64,000 nt of DNA. Origin: Sphyrna mokarran. Taxonomy: Eukaryota. The position numbers and the translations under genes were made by a program. Positions 24,733 through 37,649 of the stretch are shown here, one piece after another (within the stretch, counting starts at the first letter, position 1; each line of letters starts with the position of its first letter). The notes below the pieces were generated by a model that was given only the letters and a program-made list of their open reading frames with translations, was not told the origin of the DNA and made no database searches. The stretch is taken from NCBI GenBank assembly GCA_024679065.1, contig JAGIQG010000001.1, positions 109,430,001 to 109,494,000 on the forward strand. Direction: 5' to 3'.

Positions 24733-25379
24733 GCGGCCAGTGGGAAGGTCCTAGCAATCCTCAAGTTGACCTAACTTGGGGCGTTAAACACTTTAATTGA
24801 CTGCCTGCCTCTGGAGAGCAGACAGCAGGACCAACTGCCTACCTGACCCAGACAAAGTTTCTTGCAATCAGGGAGCCATTCCGATATGACACCCCCTTGT
24901 TTCCCAGCTCCCTTTAGATACTGTCTCCATGGAAAAATTTGATGGATGGCATCATGTCAGTTAAAAATAGGGCATCATGGACTGTTAACTCACCAACATA
25001 TTCTTAAAGTTCTGGTTATTTAGATCTTCCTGTGGACTGCAATTTAAATGGTTCAACGCACACTGGAAACAGGCGAGGCTCATTCATCTGTGCAAATCAG
25101 ATTAAAACTATAATGAGAAGGCCCGTATGCCATACTTTGTGCACATTTTTATTGCCAGTTTGAAATACTCTTTTTCCATCAGCTGAAATGCTACAAAAGT
25201 TGGGGAGATATTTTAGAGATTTTGCTGTTAAAATTATTTCCAAATGCTTTGATGGCTGGACCTGAAACAGATTTTTTAGGAGTTTCTGGGAACTTCATTC
25301 TTCATGGAGGATCTGCTGGCAATTCCATTCAGGTTGGACATGAAGTTGGAGTGATAACAAGGGGAAAGAGTAAAAAGGT

Positions 25380-25960
25380 GGCAGCCACATGATGAAGCTA
25401 ATAGAAAGTGTGTCCAAGGAAACCACTAACCTCCTAACAGAGTGTTTAGGCCAAGGTAACATATCTGCCCTACCTGCAGAACAGTGCACAAGGAGCCTGC
25501 GTTTCTCTGGAGAGGTGCCACATAGACTTGTCATCTTCTGGAAAAGACCTGCACAAATGTGCCCTTTGCAGACAATATTGCTGCACTGCTCAAACATTTG
25601 GCTCTGCTTTTATTTAGGCTGCCACAGGAGGTATCAGTTTCATCAGTCAGTCAGCAGATCAGCATTAAACAGATGACTGATGCCAAGCAAACTTCTTCAT
25701 CACTTTCCCCTTGGAAATCTAGAAGCAGGAGGCTGGGCCTCTAAGGTTTGATTTGGTTTCAGGTTCCCACCAAGTCCACATGATTTCATTCATTGTAACC
25801 ATATTGCTTCACAGCCTCTGTCAGATGATCCCATTCACTTCATAAATCGTAAGAGCTTCAATTTCCATTACAGTGTAACTGATCACCAGCAGTGCATTAT
25901 GCAGGCCCGTATCCACTTTCCCAGCAGCTGCACTGCTATATTCTGTCAATTTTCCATTCC
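25380..25960 (+). mobile_element. Decayed Harbinger (HARBI1-like DDE) transposase
   Basis: Frameshifted motifs GF-P-V..IHCNHIA, FINRKSFNFH, TDHQQCIMQA..HFPSSC correspond to GFP.V.GAIDCTHI / NRKGFHS / FPGSCHD. Confidence 0.7.
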
Positions 25961-26462
25961 CACGCACATTAACGTAGCCAGATTGCATTAAAATCAGATC
26001 TATGACTCAAGCCAAGCTCCCACCAATACTGGAATCCTCATAAAACACTCCAATCCCTGGACACGACTGATAACTTCTTACAACACAGCCCAGAACAAAG
26101 ATCTGATAGTTTTACAGTGATATTCTGTAAGGTGCGTAACTTTGCTTGACAACAAGGACAATGTGTGAAGCCACCATTGGACAAAAACTTTCAGCATAAC
26201 AAGGGACACCACAAAAATGACAAGCTATGCTGTAGAAGCAAGAAGTTTAATGCTAGTCTCCCAGCTCATTACAATTATTCCTGCTTCCCTATATTAACAG
26301 CTATGTCCTTCCATTGTAAATAAATTGGCTACAATATTCATGACACTGGCAACAACAGCAACTGCCAAGTTACCACTACTGCTGGAACAATTTACACACA
26401 ATATTTCAAAAAGATTTGTAGTTTTACTTATCAACCAATACTTTATGTCAATTATCATCTTG

Positions 26463-26730
26463 ATAGAACATAGAACATAGAACATTACAGCGCAGAACAG
26501 GCCTTTCGGCCTTCAATCTTGTGCCGACCAATTAAGAAAAAGCAATGACCCTCTAACCTAAACCATTCCCTTTTCATCCATAAACTTATCTACTAATCTC
26601 TTAAATGTCCCCAAACTTGGCGCATCTACAACTGCAGCAGGCAGGGCATTCCATACCCTTACCACCCTCTGGGTAAAGAACCTACCTCTGACATCCGTCC
26701 TATAACTACCACCCCTTAATTTAAAGCTAT
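26463..26730 (-). mobile_element. Young CR1 3' end, same subfamily as 22500-22921
   Basis: ATAGAACATAGAACATAGAAC tail; the reverse complement aligns closely with ~22660-22921. Confidence 0.93.
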
Positions 26731-28289
26731 ACTGATAAGTTACCTGTCTTAAGTACCCTTTTATCTAATCTCTACAATGCTCCTACAAGGTACTCATCCA
26801 ATCTAAAACGTTACTGTAAGTCTGCTAAAAGGTCATGAACTCAGGCCCAAAAAGAAACAGATACACGCTGCTGCAATTCAGAGGTGTTGGGGACAATTTG
26901 CCCTTGTCCAGCTAGTTTTCTGGCACCAGGTCAGGGTGCTTGTTCTGATATTGCAAGGGATAGAGCTGTATTGTTATGATTCATACTCAGTGCACAATTG
27001 CCCTGCCATCAGGCTGGACGCAGCACACCCACGAATTGTTTGGTGAGAAAACAATAAAATATCTCTGATCTTAATGATTTTGCAATCAATTTGGTTTCCC
27101 AGCATGCTCAAGGCAGAAGAGATACTTGAACACGCAACCTGCATGGCCCTAGAATGAGTATTCTTGATAAGCTTGGGCTTAAGTTCACAGGTAAACCAGT
27201 ACTCATTAATTGCAATATCCTTGCAGCAGAAGTAAAGCTTTGATTCTGGTTTGCTATTGAGCAAAAAAAACAAAAAGGAGTTCCTCAAAGTGTTTGCTGC
27301 CTGACAACATGAGGCCCTGTCTCCAATAAGTAGGCCCTAAATTGAGGCTTTATTGACCCTATGAAGACAATCTCCACAGCTTATACAAGACAGAAATACC
27401 AATGTCTGCAAATAAGGTGACTGAAGCAAATCAGACTTTGCTGGTTAATGGTGCCCTGGCATGCTTTCTTTCACACAGTGTTACTTAAACATGACATTCT
27501 TTGACCAGTGGACATCTGAAGAACCATTCCATTCAAGTATTTGCATATTAAATGTGGCTTTCTGCTACACTTGCCCAACTCACTGGATTCAATCAAAATA
27601 AAGCCCTGAAATACTTAATTAATGAGTTAAAATGAGACTGGCCTCAGACTGGCAAATCTGGGTGGGCCTGACATCTGCATCACCAATCCCATGTATGCCC
27701 AGCTGAAAGAACAGCCATAACTTTTTGCTATTAAAGAAACGTTTAGTTTAAGTCCATCTCAGTATTTACTGCTTGCTTTCATAAGCTAAAATACATATAG
27801 ACAATTGCCAATCTGAAAATGTCAAACTTTTATTTTACTTCCAGAATATTAGATTGATCTGCAGTATGTGTAATGGCTGGAGTAATGAGGGTAATTTTAA
27901 AACGATTCCCCCTGCTCCATCCACCACTAACCCCCTGCCCCTCACCCACCCAACCCCAACACAGCTAATGTCCTGTTTCTGTCTCTAAGCTAACATACAG
28001 CCCAATTTGTTAATGCAATAAATGGCATATATGATAGCCAGTTACGCCAGAAAAGAAGAAGAATTTAGAAAGTGTTAATGATTTGTAAAATGTTTTTTAC
28101 ATCCAACAATCAATACATAAAAATACCTGCAAATTTCAATGGAGACGATTAATTCCAAAATGGAAGTTTATTATTTTCCAGATTATATTATTTTGATTCC
28201 AAAAATGTTATAAAATTAAAACACATACTTTGTGAATGTTGTGAAATACGGTTAGAGTTTAATGAGTGTGATGGATGTCTCGTTTATTG

Positions 28290-28990
28290 GTTGGAGAATT
28301 CTCTCCAGGAAGCCTAATGCAATTATGAGGTAATCAGGCACTTACTTGGACCTCCCGTAGAATTAAGCCCCAAGGAGAGTGGACATCTCACTCCTGAGAG
28401 CTGCTGACCAATGAGAGGCCGGCATCTCTCCAGTACTGGCAGTGCCACCATGAGAAATGATTCCTGCTGGTGCTGCATTCAAGCCTGGAGGAGTGAATTG
28501 CCTTGGATCTTCAGATGGAGATGAGTGTGGGAGGGATGTAGGTTGTGGCAAGAGAGTTGCCGGTGAGGGGCAGCAGGAAAAGGGTAGGAAGCAAAAACAA
28601 AGGAATGCCTTTTCAGTAGATCTCTTTCTCTTCCAGATTCCTCGATTGGGCATACAGTGCATGTGAAGAAGGGATGTGCCGCCCACTCCTCCCTTACCCC
28701 CAGCAATAGGCAATTGCTGGGGGTAAGGAAGGAGTGGGCGGCACATCCTTCATGGTAAATTCCCAGCTGTGGTAAATGAAAACTAGTGGCAATGAAATGA
28801 AATCCTTAAGTGGCAACTAAAACTGTACATAAGGGCTTCAATTGGCTTCAGACAGGAAGGCCACTCTCAACTTTCTCACTCTGAGCTTTATTTTGGGGGG
28901 CTCTTTGGAAGGCAGCAGGATCCTCACCCCAAACCTGCCAGCCTGATCAAACATCTCCAAACCTGTCTCAGGGGAACATTAAATTCTATT
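28290..28990. mobile_element. Old non-autonomous Harbinger-like element
   Basis: GG.GAATT-type ends (GGAGAATTCT / AAAATTCTA) and internal GAGAGCTGCTGACCAATGAGAGGCCGGCA motif. Ends are eroded. Confidence 0.45.
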
Positions 28991-29626
28991 CCAGATATTT
29001 TTAAAAGCTGTTGAAGGCCTCCCAAAAACATGTTCTCTGATGAACTAAATAACGTATAGATTATCCCAAAAATACCATCATTTACATTATTATCAATGCT
29101 TCCCATGGTACAACATTTCCATTGTGAAGATACAGTGTCACAATTTCTGCCACATATAAAATTGTTTTAAAATTCATATATCTGAGAAGTGTAGTTGAAA
29201 CATCAATAATAAACACAACATAGAAAAGGTCACTGGTTAATATTTTGACCTTATGATCTACTTTATTCTGGAAAACAACTGCATATAGATTTCTTGAAAA
29301 TTCTAAGTTTTGCATGCTTGTAAAAGTATTGGAATAGGTGAGATTTACGTATATTTTGACAAGTGTAATATTATTCTCTTTCTTTCAAGATGAAATGACC
29401 TTTTCAGTGTTGCTGTGTACAGGGGGTCACTGTTCCAGAATTACTGGGCTGTCCACATGCTCACTGTGATAAGCTGATCATATACTTTTCAGTCACCTTG
29501 TGATAAAAAAACTGATAACCTTTCTGATGCACTAAGATGGCGTAGTTGTTAGGCAAGAAAGGATCAATGAAATTTTTGGTTCAGTTAGTTCTGATAAAGC
29601 ATTAAAATCAGTGTTCTAATGCTTAC

Positions 29627-29840
29627 TTTTTGTCTTGTTCAGATATCATTTCTTTGAAAATCTATTGTCTAACTTCAGCTTTGTCAGGGAGGTTGAGATA
29701 TATATGTCCAGACCATATGAATTTCTTGGGAAGAATCCGAAAGATTCAGCAAGGAAGAATCAGAATCAGAACTACACCTGCTGTTAAAACATGGATTTAT
29801 TTAATTTCCTTCTAGATTCCTTCTGCTAGTGTATGATAGC
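29627..29840 (-). other. Exon-like segment (paralogue of 32736-32876)
   Basis: Acceptor ATTTTGTCCACTTAAG/ and donor AAA/GTAAGC. The best frame reads LSYTSRRNLEGN*INPCFNSRCSSDSDSSLLNLSDSSQE and contains stops. Confidence 0.35.
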
Positions 29841-30099
29841 CTTAAGTGGACAAAATGCACAATGCAATTTCAATACTCTGCATCTTTAACAGGCATAGCA
29901 TGTCTCAGTGCATTGTTTCCAAAAATATGAACAACAAAATTAAGCATAACTAATAACATAACTTATATTCTAACATTTTAAATGAATTTAATAGTGCGCT
30001 CAGTCATTTACAATAAGACAAAAATTAGTCAAACAACTTTGTAATCTATTCACCTAAATCTGGAAGACATTCTCTCACATGAGTGGGTTATCATTTGAC

Positions 30100-30899
30100 A
30101 TCGGATATGATCTCATTTAACTCAAGTTATTCGTTTGACATTCTGGATTGGATTTGATGCTTACAAATGGTGATTTCAGTTCTTTCAAGAATAATCAATT
30201 TTGTGGATGATTTGTGAACCATACTTAGCAGTAATCATTGATCCTTTTATGTAGGTCACAACAAAAATTTGGAGGTCAAAAGGGGAATGCTTGTTTTCTA
30301 GCATAACCATCACATTTTACAAATACATTACTTCCCGGTTTTAGTGGTGTAGCTCTAAATTTCATCTTTCACTCTGCATTCACTTTCTTTCATTCAGATC
30401 TTCTGTTCTTAATTACATTTATGTGTATGTTGCTCATTAACTCCACTGGGTAGCTCAGATAATGTGCGCACATATGATATGCAAAACTGAATGTAACTGG
30501 AGGTCTTCCAATAGTTGAATGAGGAGTCACCCTGAAATTGTAAGGAAGTTGATACATCTCTGACTGACAAGACAGTACATTTCACTCCTTTAAAATTATG
30601 TATAAATCAGTCTTTGGTCAATGAGATGTGATGTTCCAATAAAGCAGTTCTCAAATGTACTCAATCATGGCTATTGAATGGGGCTTCGATTGTCACTTCT
30701 TACCATTTGAAGGATTCCTAACAAAGTGAAAATCTGATCAAATTCAGAAGTAGATGTAAATATTTCTAACACTGGAAATCTGTTGTAGTCAGTGACAACA
30801 AGTTCACTAGTGATCAAGTCTGCAAAATCAATACTGACCTCAATCCATGGTGCTGAAGATAGTTCAAACATCTTGAGAGAATCACAAAGGTTTGACATA
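30100..30899 (-). mobile_element. Decayed Gypsy integrase fragment
   Basis: ORF 30671-30898 PWIEVSIDFAD...VVTDYNRFPVLEI...GILQMVRSDN; downstream FRVTPHSTIGRPP and G-MITA...RN motifs. Confidence 0.8.
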
Positions 30900-31445
30900 T
30901 GTTAGGGTCCAGGACCAGAACTCTTTGGGATATTAAGAAGTCCGACTCTCCAGGAGTAATTCCATTGATAAATTAAAGATCTTTTATCAAAATAAGCTTT
31001 ATTCTGAAACACAGTTTAAGTTTAACTCTTAAGAAAATGAAATACTTTACTTCTTAACAGTTGAACAATCTTTAAACGTGAAAAGAAGCAACTCTAATTT
31101 ATCACTGTTTAAGTTTCAAATAAGCAACATTCTTCTTACTGACTTAAAATCCACTTTAAATATTGTTAGCAATCATAAACATACTTGCTATCTTAAGTAT
31201 GGGCAGCTTTGCAGTTTTTAGAAAGATATAGAGCTTTCAGAAGTCTGCAATCTTTTTCTAAGTTCAACCAGAACAACAAAACTCCTACACCTTTCTGCAA
31301 AAGATTGTTTCTTTCTGCTACAAATCCAAAACAATGCATAAACCACAACACCACATGATTCTGTCAATCACTCTAATCAGGGAAATTTAAGTAAACAAAA
31401 GCCAATTAACTCTACTTAACAACTACTTGCAAGATTGAAATGTGT
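30900..31445 (-). mobile_element. Partial LTR-like sequence
   Basis: Starts TGTTAGGGTCCAGG and contains CTTTTATCAAAATAAGCTTTATT, similar to the solo LTRs at 16801 and 33070. It interrupts the integrase fragment. Confidence 0.5.
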
Positions 31446-31599
31446 AATTATCCTTCACTCCCACCATCTGAGCTGTATTCCCTCTAGACATACCGACTTC
31501 CTATAAAAAAAGATGAACTTTCAAACATTTTCCTGAAACATATATAAAAAAACATATGTATCATTTGCACACTTTCATCACACATGGTAAACATTGATT

Positions 31600-32650
31600 G
31601 CATGTTCTCAACTATGTCTGTCAAATTTCCTGCACTTCTGCTCTTACTCCTTCCCCTCCACAATGTGGTTCCCCTTGTCCTCCCCAGTAACCCAACATCC
31701 CCAATAACCCAAATAGCCTCAGTGTTCAACAAATCATTTTCCATCATTTCCACCACCTGCAGTGTGCTTCCAGTACCAAACACATCTTCTCCTACCTATT
31801 AGCATTCCAAAGGTAGCATTCCCTCCTTGATAACCTGGTCTACTCCTCAGTCACCCCAACATTCTGTCCCTTTCATCCAACATCTTTTGATACAATTTTG
31901 ACGAGGTTTCACTTCCTATGTTAGTAACTGAGAGATAGTCAGTTTTTTTTAGTAAAGTATTTATTTACGCTATTTAAAAATCTCATAGTGAGTACATTGT
32001 TCTCTGGACACAGATTGTTCTTGCCCTGTTGGAACCACTTGGTCAACTGACTTTTGATGTCATGCTTGTTTCATCATTATCTAAGTAACATCATTATTCT
32101 ACACATATAAATACAGGAACATATAACAATTCCCTTTTTATCTCTTCTCACTGTCCAACATCTTAAAAACTCTGCCCTGATGAAGCAGCAATTCATGTGT
32201 TCTTCTTTCAATCTAGTCATCTATATTTGCTACTCACAATGCAATCTCCTCTATACTGAGAAGACCAAACACAGTTTGGGTGACCATTATGTGGAACACC
32301 TTCATTCCGTCTGCAAACATGATACTGATAGTGCTTTCTTTCCTTTGTCTGTTTCAGCTTTCTTCTTTCAGTGATCCCCATCACATTTTCTTTGGCCCTA
32401 TAAAACAAATTCTTCTTTCATAAAATCTCTTCTGTCTACCACCTTAGCACAGACCTACTTTTTGTCCTGTCCTGACCTGCCCTTTGCTCAAAACCTATTA
32501 CATCTCTAACTTCTCCCATTTTTGATCAAAGGTCACAGATCTGAAATGTTAATTCTGTTTCTCTCGCTACATAGATGCTGCTTAACCTGCAGAGGTTTCT
32601 TCCAGCAATTTCTGTTTTTATTTCAGATTTCAAACATGTAGAGTATTCAG
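31600..32650 (+). mobile_element. Decayed Penelope-like element (GIY-YIG region and 3' end), interrupted at ~31890-32130
   Basis: FMCSSFNLVIYICYSQCNLLYTEKTKHSLGDHYVEHLHSV is a degenerate GIY-YIG nuclease; Penelope terminus at 32520-32650. Confidence 0.8.
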
Positions 32651-32735
32651 CTTTCTGATTACGACCTCAGCATGTTCCCTAAACCTACAGCTCAAAGTGC
32701 TGTCTGTAGAAAGTAGACAATGACCTTTCACCTAC

Positions 32736-32876
32736 TTTGTTTTTCTTGTGAACTTCTTGAGAAAAACAGGAAGATTCAACAAGGAGCGTTCAGAATCATC
32801 ACTGCATATGCTATAAAAACATGGATTCCTTTATTCCCCTTCTAGACTCCCCCTGCTGCCATATGTATAAGGTTGA
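32736..32876 (-). other. Exon-like segment (paralogue of 29627-29840)
   Basis: Same acceptor ATTTTGTCCACTTAAG/, donor AAA/GTAGGT. Reads QPYTYGSRGSLEGE*RNPCFYSICSDDSERSLLNL. Confidence 0.35.
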
Positions 32877-33069
32877 CTTAAGTGGACAAAATTGACCACA
32901 TAATTTTTGATACACTATGGCCTGAAAGGACAAAGAAATCATTGGCAGCAAAATGTTTTTTGGCTAGATTTTTCTGCAGCCCAAAGGTCCCAAGGCTACT
33001 CCATTACCTTCCAACAGATATAACAACTGAAGCACCTTTAAAGCACAATGCTAGAATAATAGCCATAAT

Positions 33070-34188
33070 AATGATTTCATTCAAAGATTTGAGATCAGGT
33101 TGTCAGTTTCAGATGAGGTTGAATAATGCTTTACTCGACTCCTGCTGAAGAGACACCCACAAATGTCAGGCCTAATTGGATTAAAGTCAAATTAAGTCTG
33201 ATTCAAAGGCCATGCTAGGGAGCTTTTATCAAATGTAGTTTATTTAAGAATATAATCAACACATATACACAACAAGAATATTAGGAATAACTTCTAACAA
33301 TTACAAATGAAAACAAAACAATGACTATAATGACTAAAGATATCCAATATGCTCCAATCAAAATTAAAGCCCTGTCATTGACAAAACTCTTTGACAGGTT
33401 CAATACAAAGCTACTGCTCATGTAATAATGGAATTTGAATCCATGAAGTTTGCAGCTCTCCGGATTCACTCCAAACAGTTTGAAGAAAAAACAGGTATCC
33501 CAAAACTCCAGAGAGACTCTGGACCAGCCCTCAACAACAGTCATAGAACCATAGAATTCTGTGGCCTATCGAGTCTGGACCAACCACAATCTCATCTACA
33601 CTCTATCCCTATAACCCCATGAATTTAACCTAGCTAGTCCCCTGACAAGGGACAATTTAGCATGGCCAATCCACCTAACCCACACATCTTTGGACTGTGG
33701 GAGGAGACCGAAGCAACCAAGGAAACCCACACAGACACAGGGAGAATGTGCAGACTTCACACAGTTAGTGACCCAAGCCAGGAATCAAACCTGGGTCACT
33801 TTGAAGCAACAGTGCTAACCACTAGGCCGCCATGCCGCTTCAGGAAAACAGGATCTTGTTTTCAGCTAACCAATTGAATTTTCAAAATGACAGGGAGAGA
33901 GGGAATACACTTACTATTACTTTTGTGTCCCTTCTAAGACTAAAACTCAAACCTGCAGCTATAAACTGAAAGTGAAAAAAAAACTGTCCAAAAACACATG
34001 ACTGTCCTTCTACATTTGCAAGATCATAAAACTTATCCCAGGCGAAACACAAACACCATTTAAGCAGCTTAAATAGCAATAAAAGGACATTTCCAGACAA
34101 GCTGACAATAACAGCTATGAGCTAAGAAACCACTGAAGCTGGTTCGAAGGAAGAAAAAAATCCTTTCTTAAAGGTACACTAACATCAC
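33070..34188 (-). mobile_element. Solo LTR related to 16801-17680, interrupted by a SINE
   Basis: Shared blocks with the 16.8-kb LTR; ends TTCTTAAAGGTACACTAACATCACA at 34188. Left end approximate. Confidence 0.65.
33541..33838 (-). mobile_element. HE1-type V-SINE (CR1-like tail)
   Basis: CATAGAACCATAGAAT tail with the reverse-complemented core and head. Confidence 0.9.
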
Positions 34189-35030
34189 ATACTGAACAGA
34201 GACATGAAATAGAGGCACTCGCAATGGAGAGTGACATCACAATGTGTGCATATCACGTGACACAGATTGGAACAGCATCAATCTTGAGACTAACTTGTAC
34301 ACACACAGCAGCGACTCCATCTGGATTTCACTGAAGCCTGACATGTGTCACAGTGAGAATGAGCAGACATTCACCATCACTCCATCAGCAAAGAGACCAT
34401 TTCTGAAGCAATCAATGTGGCAACTCCAATCTTGGATGGACACTGAATTATCTCAGCAGCGAGAAAGAGGACAGTGGAACAGACAGGTCCCTGCAACCAC
34501 TGTGCGCTTCCTCGAACGCTCTGCTGTGTGGTTCAAGAACTGGAAGGTAGGGACACAAGCCAAGCTATACAGATGGTTGGGAAGCTCTCCACTAACTTAA
34601 GCAGACAAGGGCACACACCGGAAAGACTAAAAACGCAACTGAAGGAAGTTAATGTAAAATTTTCATTTTAATGTTTTTTCCTTTATTCTTAACAGTTTAT
34701 TGTGTTTACATAATTATCGAAAAGATTTCACTATAAAACGTACAATTAATTTGCACTGCCAGAGAATGTAACACAGAGTAGTGTCCAGTTGATTTATGGT
34801 GCTCCCACCAGGGCTGTAGGATGCATGTGAACCTCAGACATGGGTGGGACTGGGTGCAGTGATGCTATGCATCCTGCATTTCTGAGCCCTACGACTGAAC
34901 CGCTCAATAGTCAGACATTTTAATCTCTCTGCCAAGCTGGAGTTAGATGTATCACTGAGGATGTGAGGATCATTGCTTTGCCCTCAATGCAAGTCATTAT
35001 CATTCTTCATTTATTGCTGGAGGTGTGAAA

Positions 35031-36145
35031 GATAAATGGACCAATGCCTTCCATTCTCATCTCAACAACAGTGAATGAAGCAGAAATACTGATGTTTAAA
35101 GAAAACGTAAACAGGAAATTTGCTGCAATTGAACAACACAGAATGCTCAGATATCATTGCGCAGCCTCAACCAGCCCTAACGATGGGAAGATGGAAGATC
35201 TCACTGAAGAATCTGAACTTGAAACAAAGAGGAGCCTTGTCTACACAACTTGTTGACAGCCTTTAAAACTCAACTGTCTTGGAGGATGGAGAATCTGGAA
35301 CAGATCATTCAGTGTTGCCAAGAAGAGCCTGGATTGAAAACAGTGAAAGTGTGTGGCACGACAGGGTGCAGGATTGGTTGACGATGGCAGCTCAATCAGT
35401 GCTGGAGTCTCCTGCAGCAATTCTGAGTCCTTCCGATGTTGAAGGCCAATTAGAAAAGGATGAGATCAGTCTGGATGGCAGTGCCAATGGGATAGAAACA
35501 TCCACTGGGGAAGTCCACTCCATTCACAGAAACCAGATGTAATGGAAGAACATGATTCATTGATGACTCTCTCTGAGTCAGTCATAGTGCACACTGAGAT
35601 CCCAAAGAGTGACCATGAATATTTCCCCAACAACAATGATGTGGATATAATTCAGCATAAAACAAACTTGGACACAGAGAGCTTCAATCCATCAGACCCT
35701 TTTGGATGCAGGACTCGAGTAACTGTGAGAATGAGCAGAGATTTGAAATGGAGGCACTTACAATGGAGAGTGACATCACAAAGAGTACACATGGACGTTT
35801 CCCCAAAGACACAGATTGGAACAGGATCAATCTCAAAACTGACTCGGATATAGACAGCAGTGATTCCATCTGGATTGAGGCCTGATACTTGTCACAGTGA
35901 GAATGAGCAGACATTCACTGTTACTCCATCAGCAAAGGGACCACTTCTGAAGCAATCAATGCAGCAACTACAATCTTGGATGGATACTAGATCATCTCAG
36001 CAGAGGGAATGAGGAGAGTGGAACAGACAGGTCACTGCAGCCACCATGTGCTTCCTCAAACACTCTGCTGTACGGTTCAAGAACTGGAAGTCAGGGATAT
36101 ATACCAAACCACACAGACGGCTGGGAAAATCTCCACCAGATTAAG
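35031..36145 (+). pseudogene. Decayed acidic repeat-containing ORF, copy B
   Basis: Consecutive ORF fragments 35044-35256, 35279-35542 and 35542-35853 are colinear with the other copies; broken by frameshifts. Confidence 0.6.
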
Positions 36146-37649
36146 CAGACACAGGCCCAGACTGGAAAGGCTAAAAACACAACAGAAGGAAGTTAACATT
36201 AAATTTTTCTTTGTTTTTCTTTTATTCTTAAGTCTGTTGTTTTTGTCTAATTACCATTGAGATTTCACTGTAAAAATAGAAATGTTTTGTGACGCCAGAG
36301 AATGTAACACAGAAGTGTCCAGTTATTTAAGACGCTGCTAGGCTGTCCACCTCAGTTATAAGATGGATGTAAACACCAGTATCCGACATTGGTGGGGCTA
36401 GTTGTAGTTGATGCTGCGCATCCTGCGTTTCTGAGCCCAATGATAAGACCATTCGAAGGCAGGACACGTTAACCTCTCTGCCAGTTTGGAATAAGACACA
36501 TCACTGAGAATGAGATGAGCATCATTCTGCCATCAATAAGTCTTTATCATCCTCCCACAAAGACCACTCAACAGTATGGGAGCATACTGCTGGCACCACA
36601 TTACTGGTGAGATGTTAATTTCCATGCTGGGAGAACTCTTCGCTCCCCAGCCGTGCTCAATCCCAAAGCAAGGTACTATGAGTCCATCCAAGGCACAATG
36701 GCTTGGTTGGACTCTGTCCATTTCCAAGGCTCTCCGGTCTCCTCCTCTGCATGGTTACCCTCACCACCCTGCACAACATTCTCCACATCTGAGGTGATGT
36801 GGTGCTCCTCCATCTCCTCCAGGTCCATGCGATCCCCCTTCGTAGTGCCAATTTATGAAACAGCACAGCAGACTGCAAAGATGTGGGAAATCTTCTGGGG
36901 GTATATTGTAGGGCATCCCAACTGGGGCTCAAGGCACCTGACCCAAATTCTAGCGGGATAATCGCATGCTCGACCAGCATGCCCATTGCAGCTATGTGTG
37001 ATGACAGACATGCTAATGTAATAAAATTAGCTTCCTAGGGCTTGCTGAGTTTCCCACACCTCCACTGGCGAGGTGGATGCAAGATCGGAATTCAGAAATT
37101 TACTAGCACAAATTGTGCTTTGATGATATCACATTCCAACGTGGGGGGAACATACAAGGGGAAAGCCCTTCAATGAGATTCGAATTCTCCTTCTTTGTTT
37201 TCCTCTTTCATCGAGAAAAAAGCTCCTCAATACCATAACTCCTGATGTTAGTACTGAGAGATTATCTCACATTCCATCTCATTGTTTCCATCTTCCTTCA
37301 CTCACAACTCTGCACCACAACAGACTTTGAATGATGTATTTCATTGGCTGCAATCTGCAAAGTACTGAGTTGGTGATGGGTCCTATGAAAATGGAAATCT
37401 TTTGTCTTTTCTCTTCTGCGCTGTGTAACCAAGAGTCCCCATTGTCTTAACACTTTGGTCTTTGTTTCCTGATTTGTGTTTGTAAATTGGGGAATTCTGG
37501 AAGCTGGTGACATCACACTCTTGAGTATGAAGCTATTGTTACATAGTCCTGTGCTGTCATGGTACCCATCATGTTTGTGACATCCTGCTTGTCTGTTCCC
37601 ATAGTTACCAAGTTTAAATGCTGCTAACAGAATGTTTATCACTGATTTG

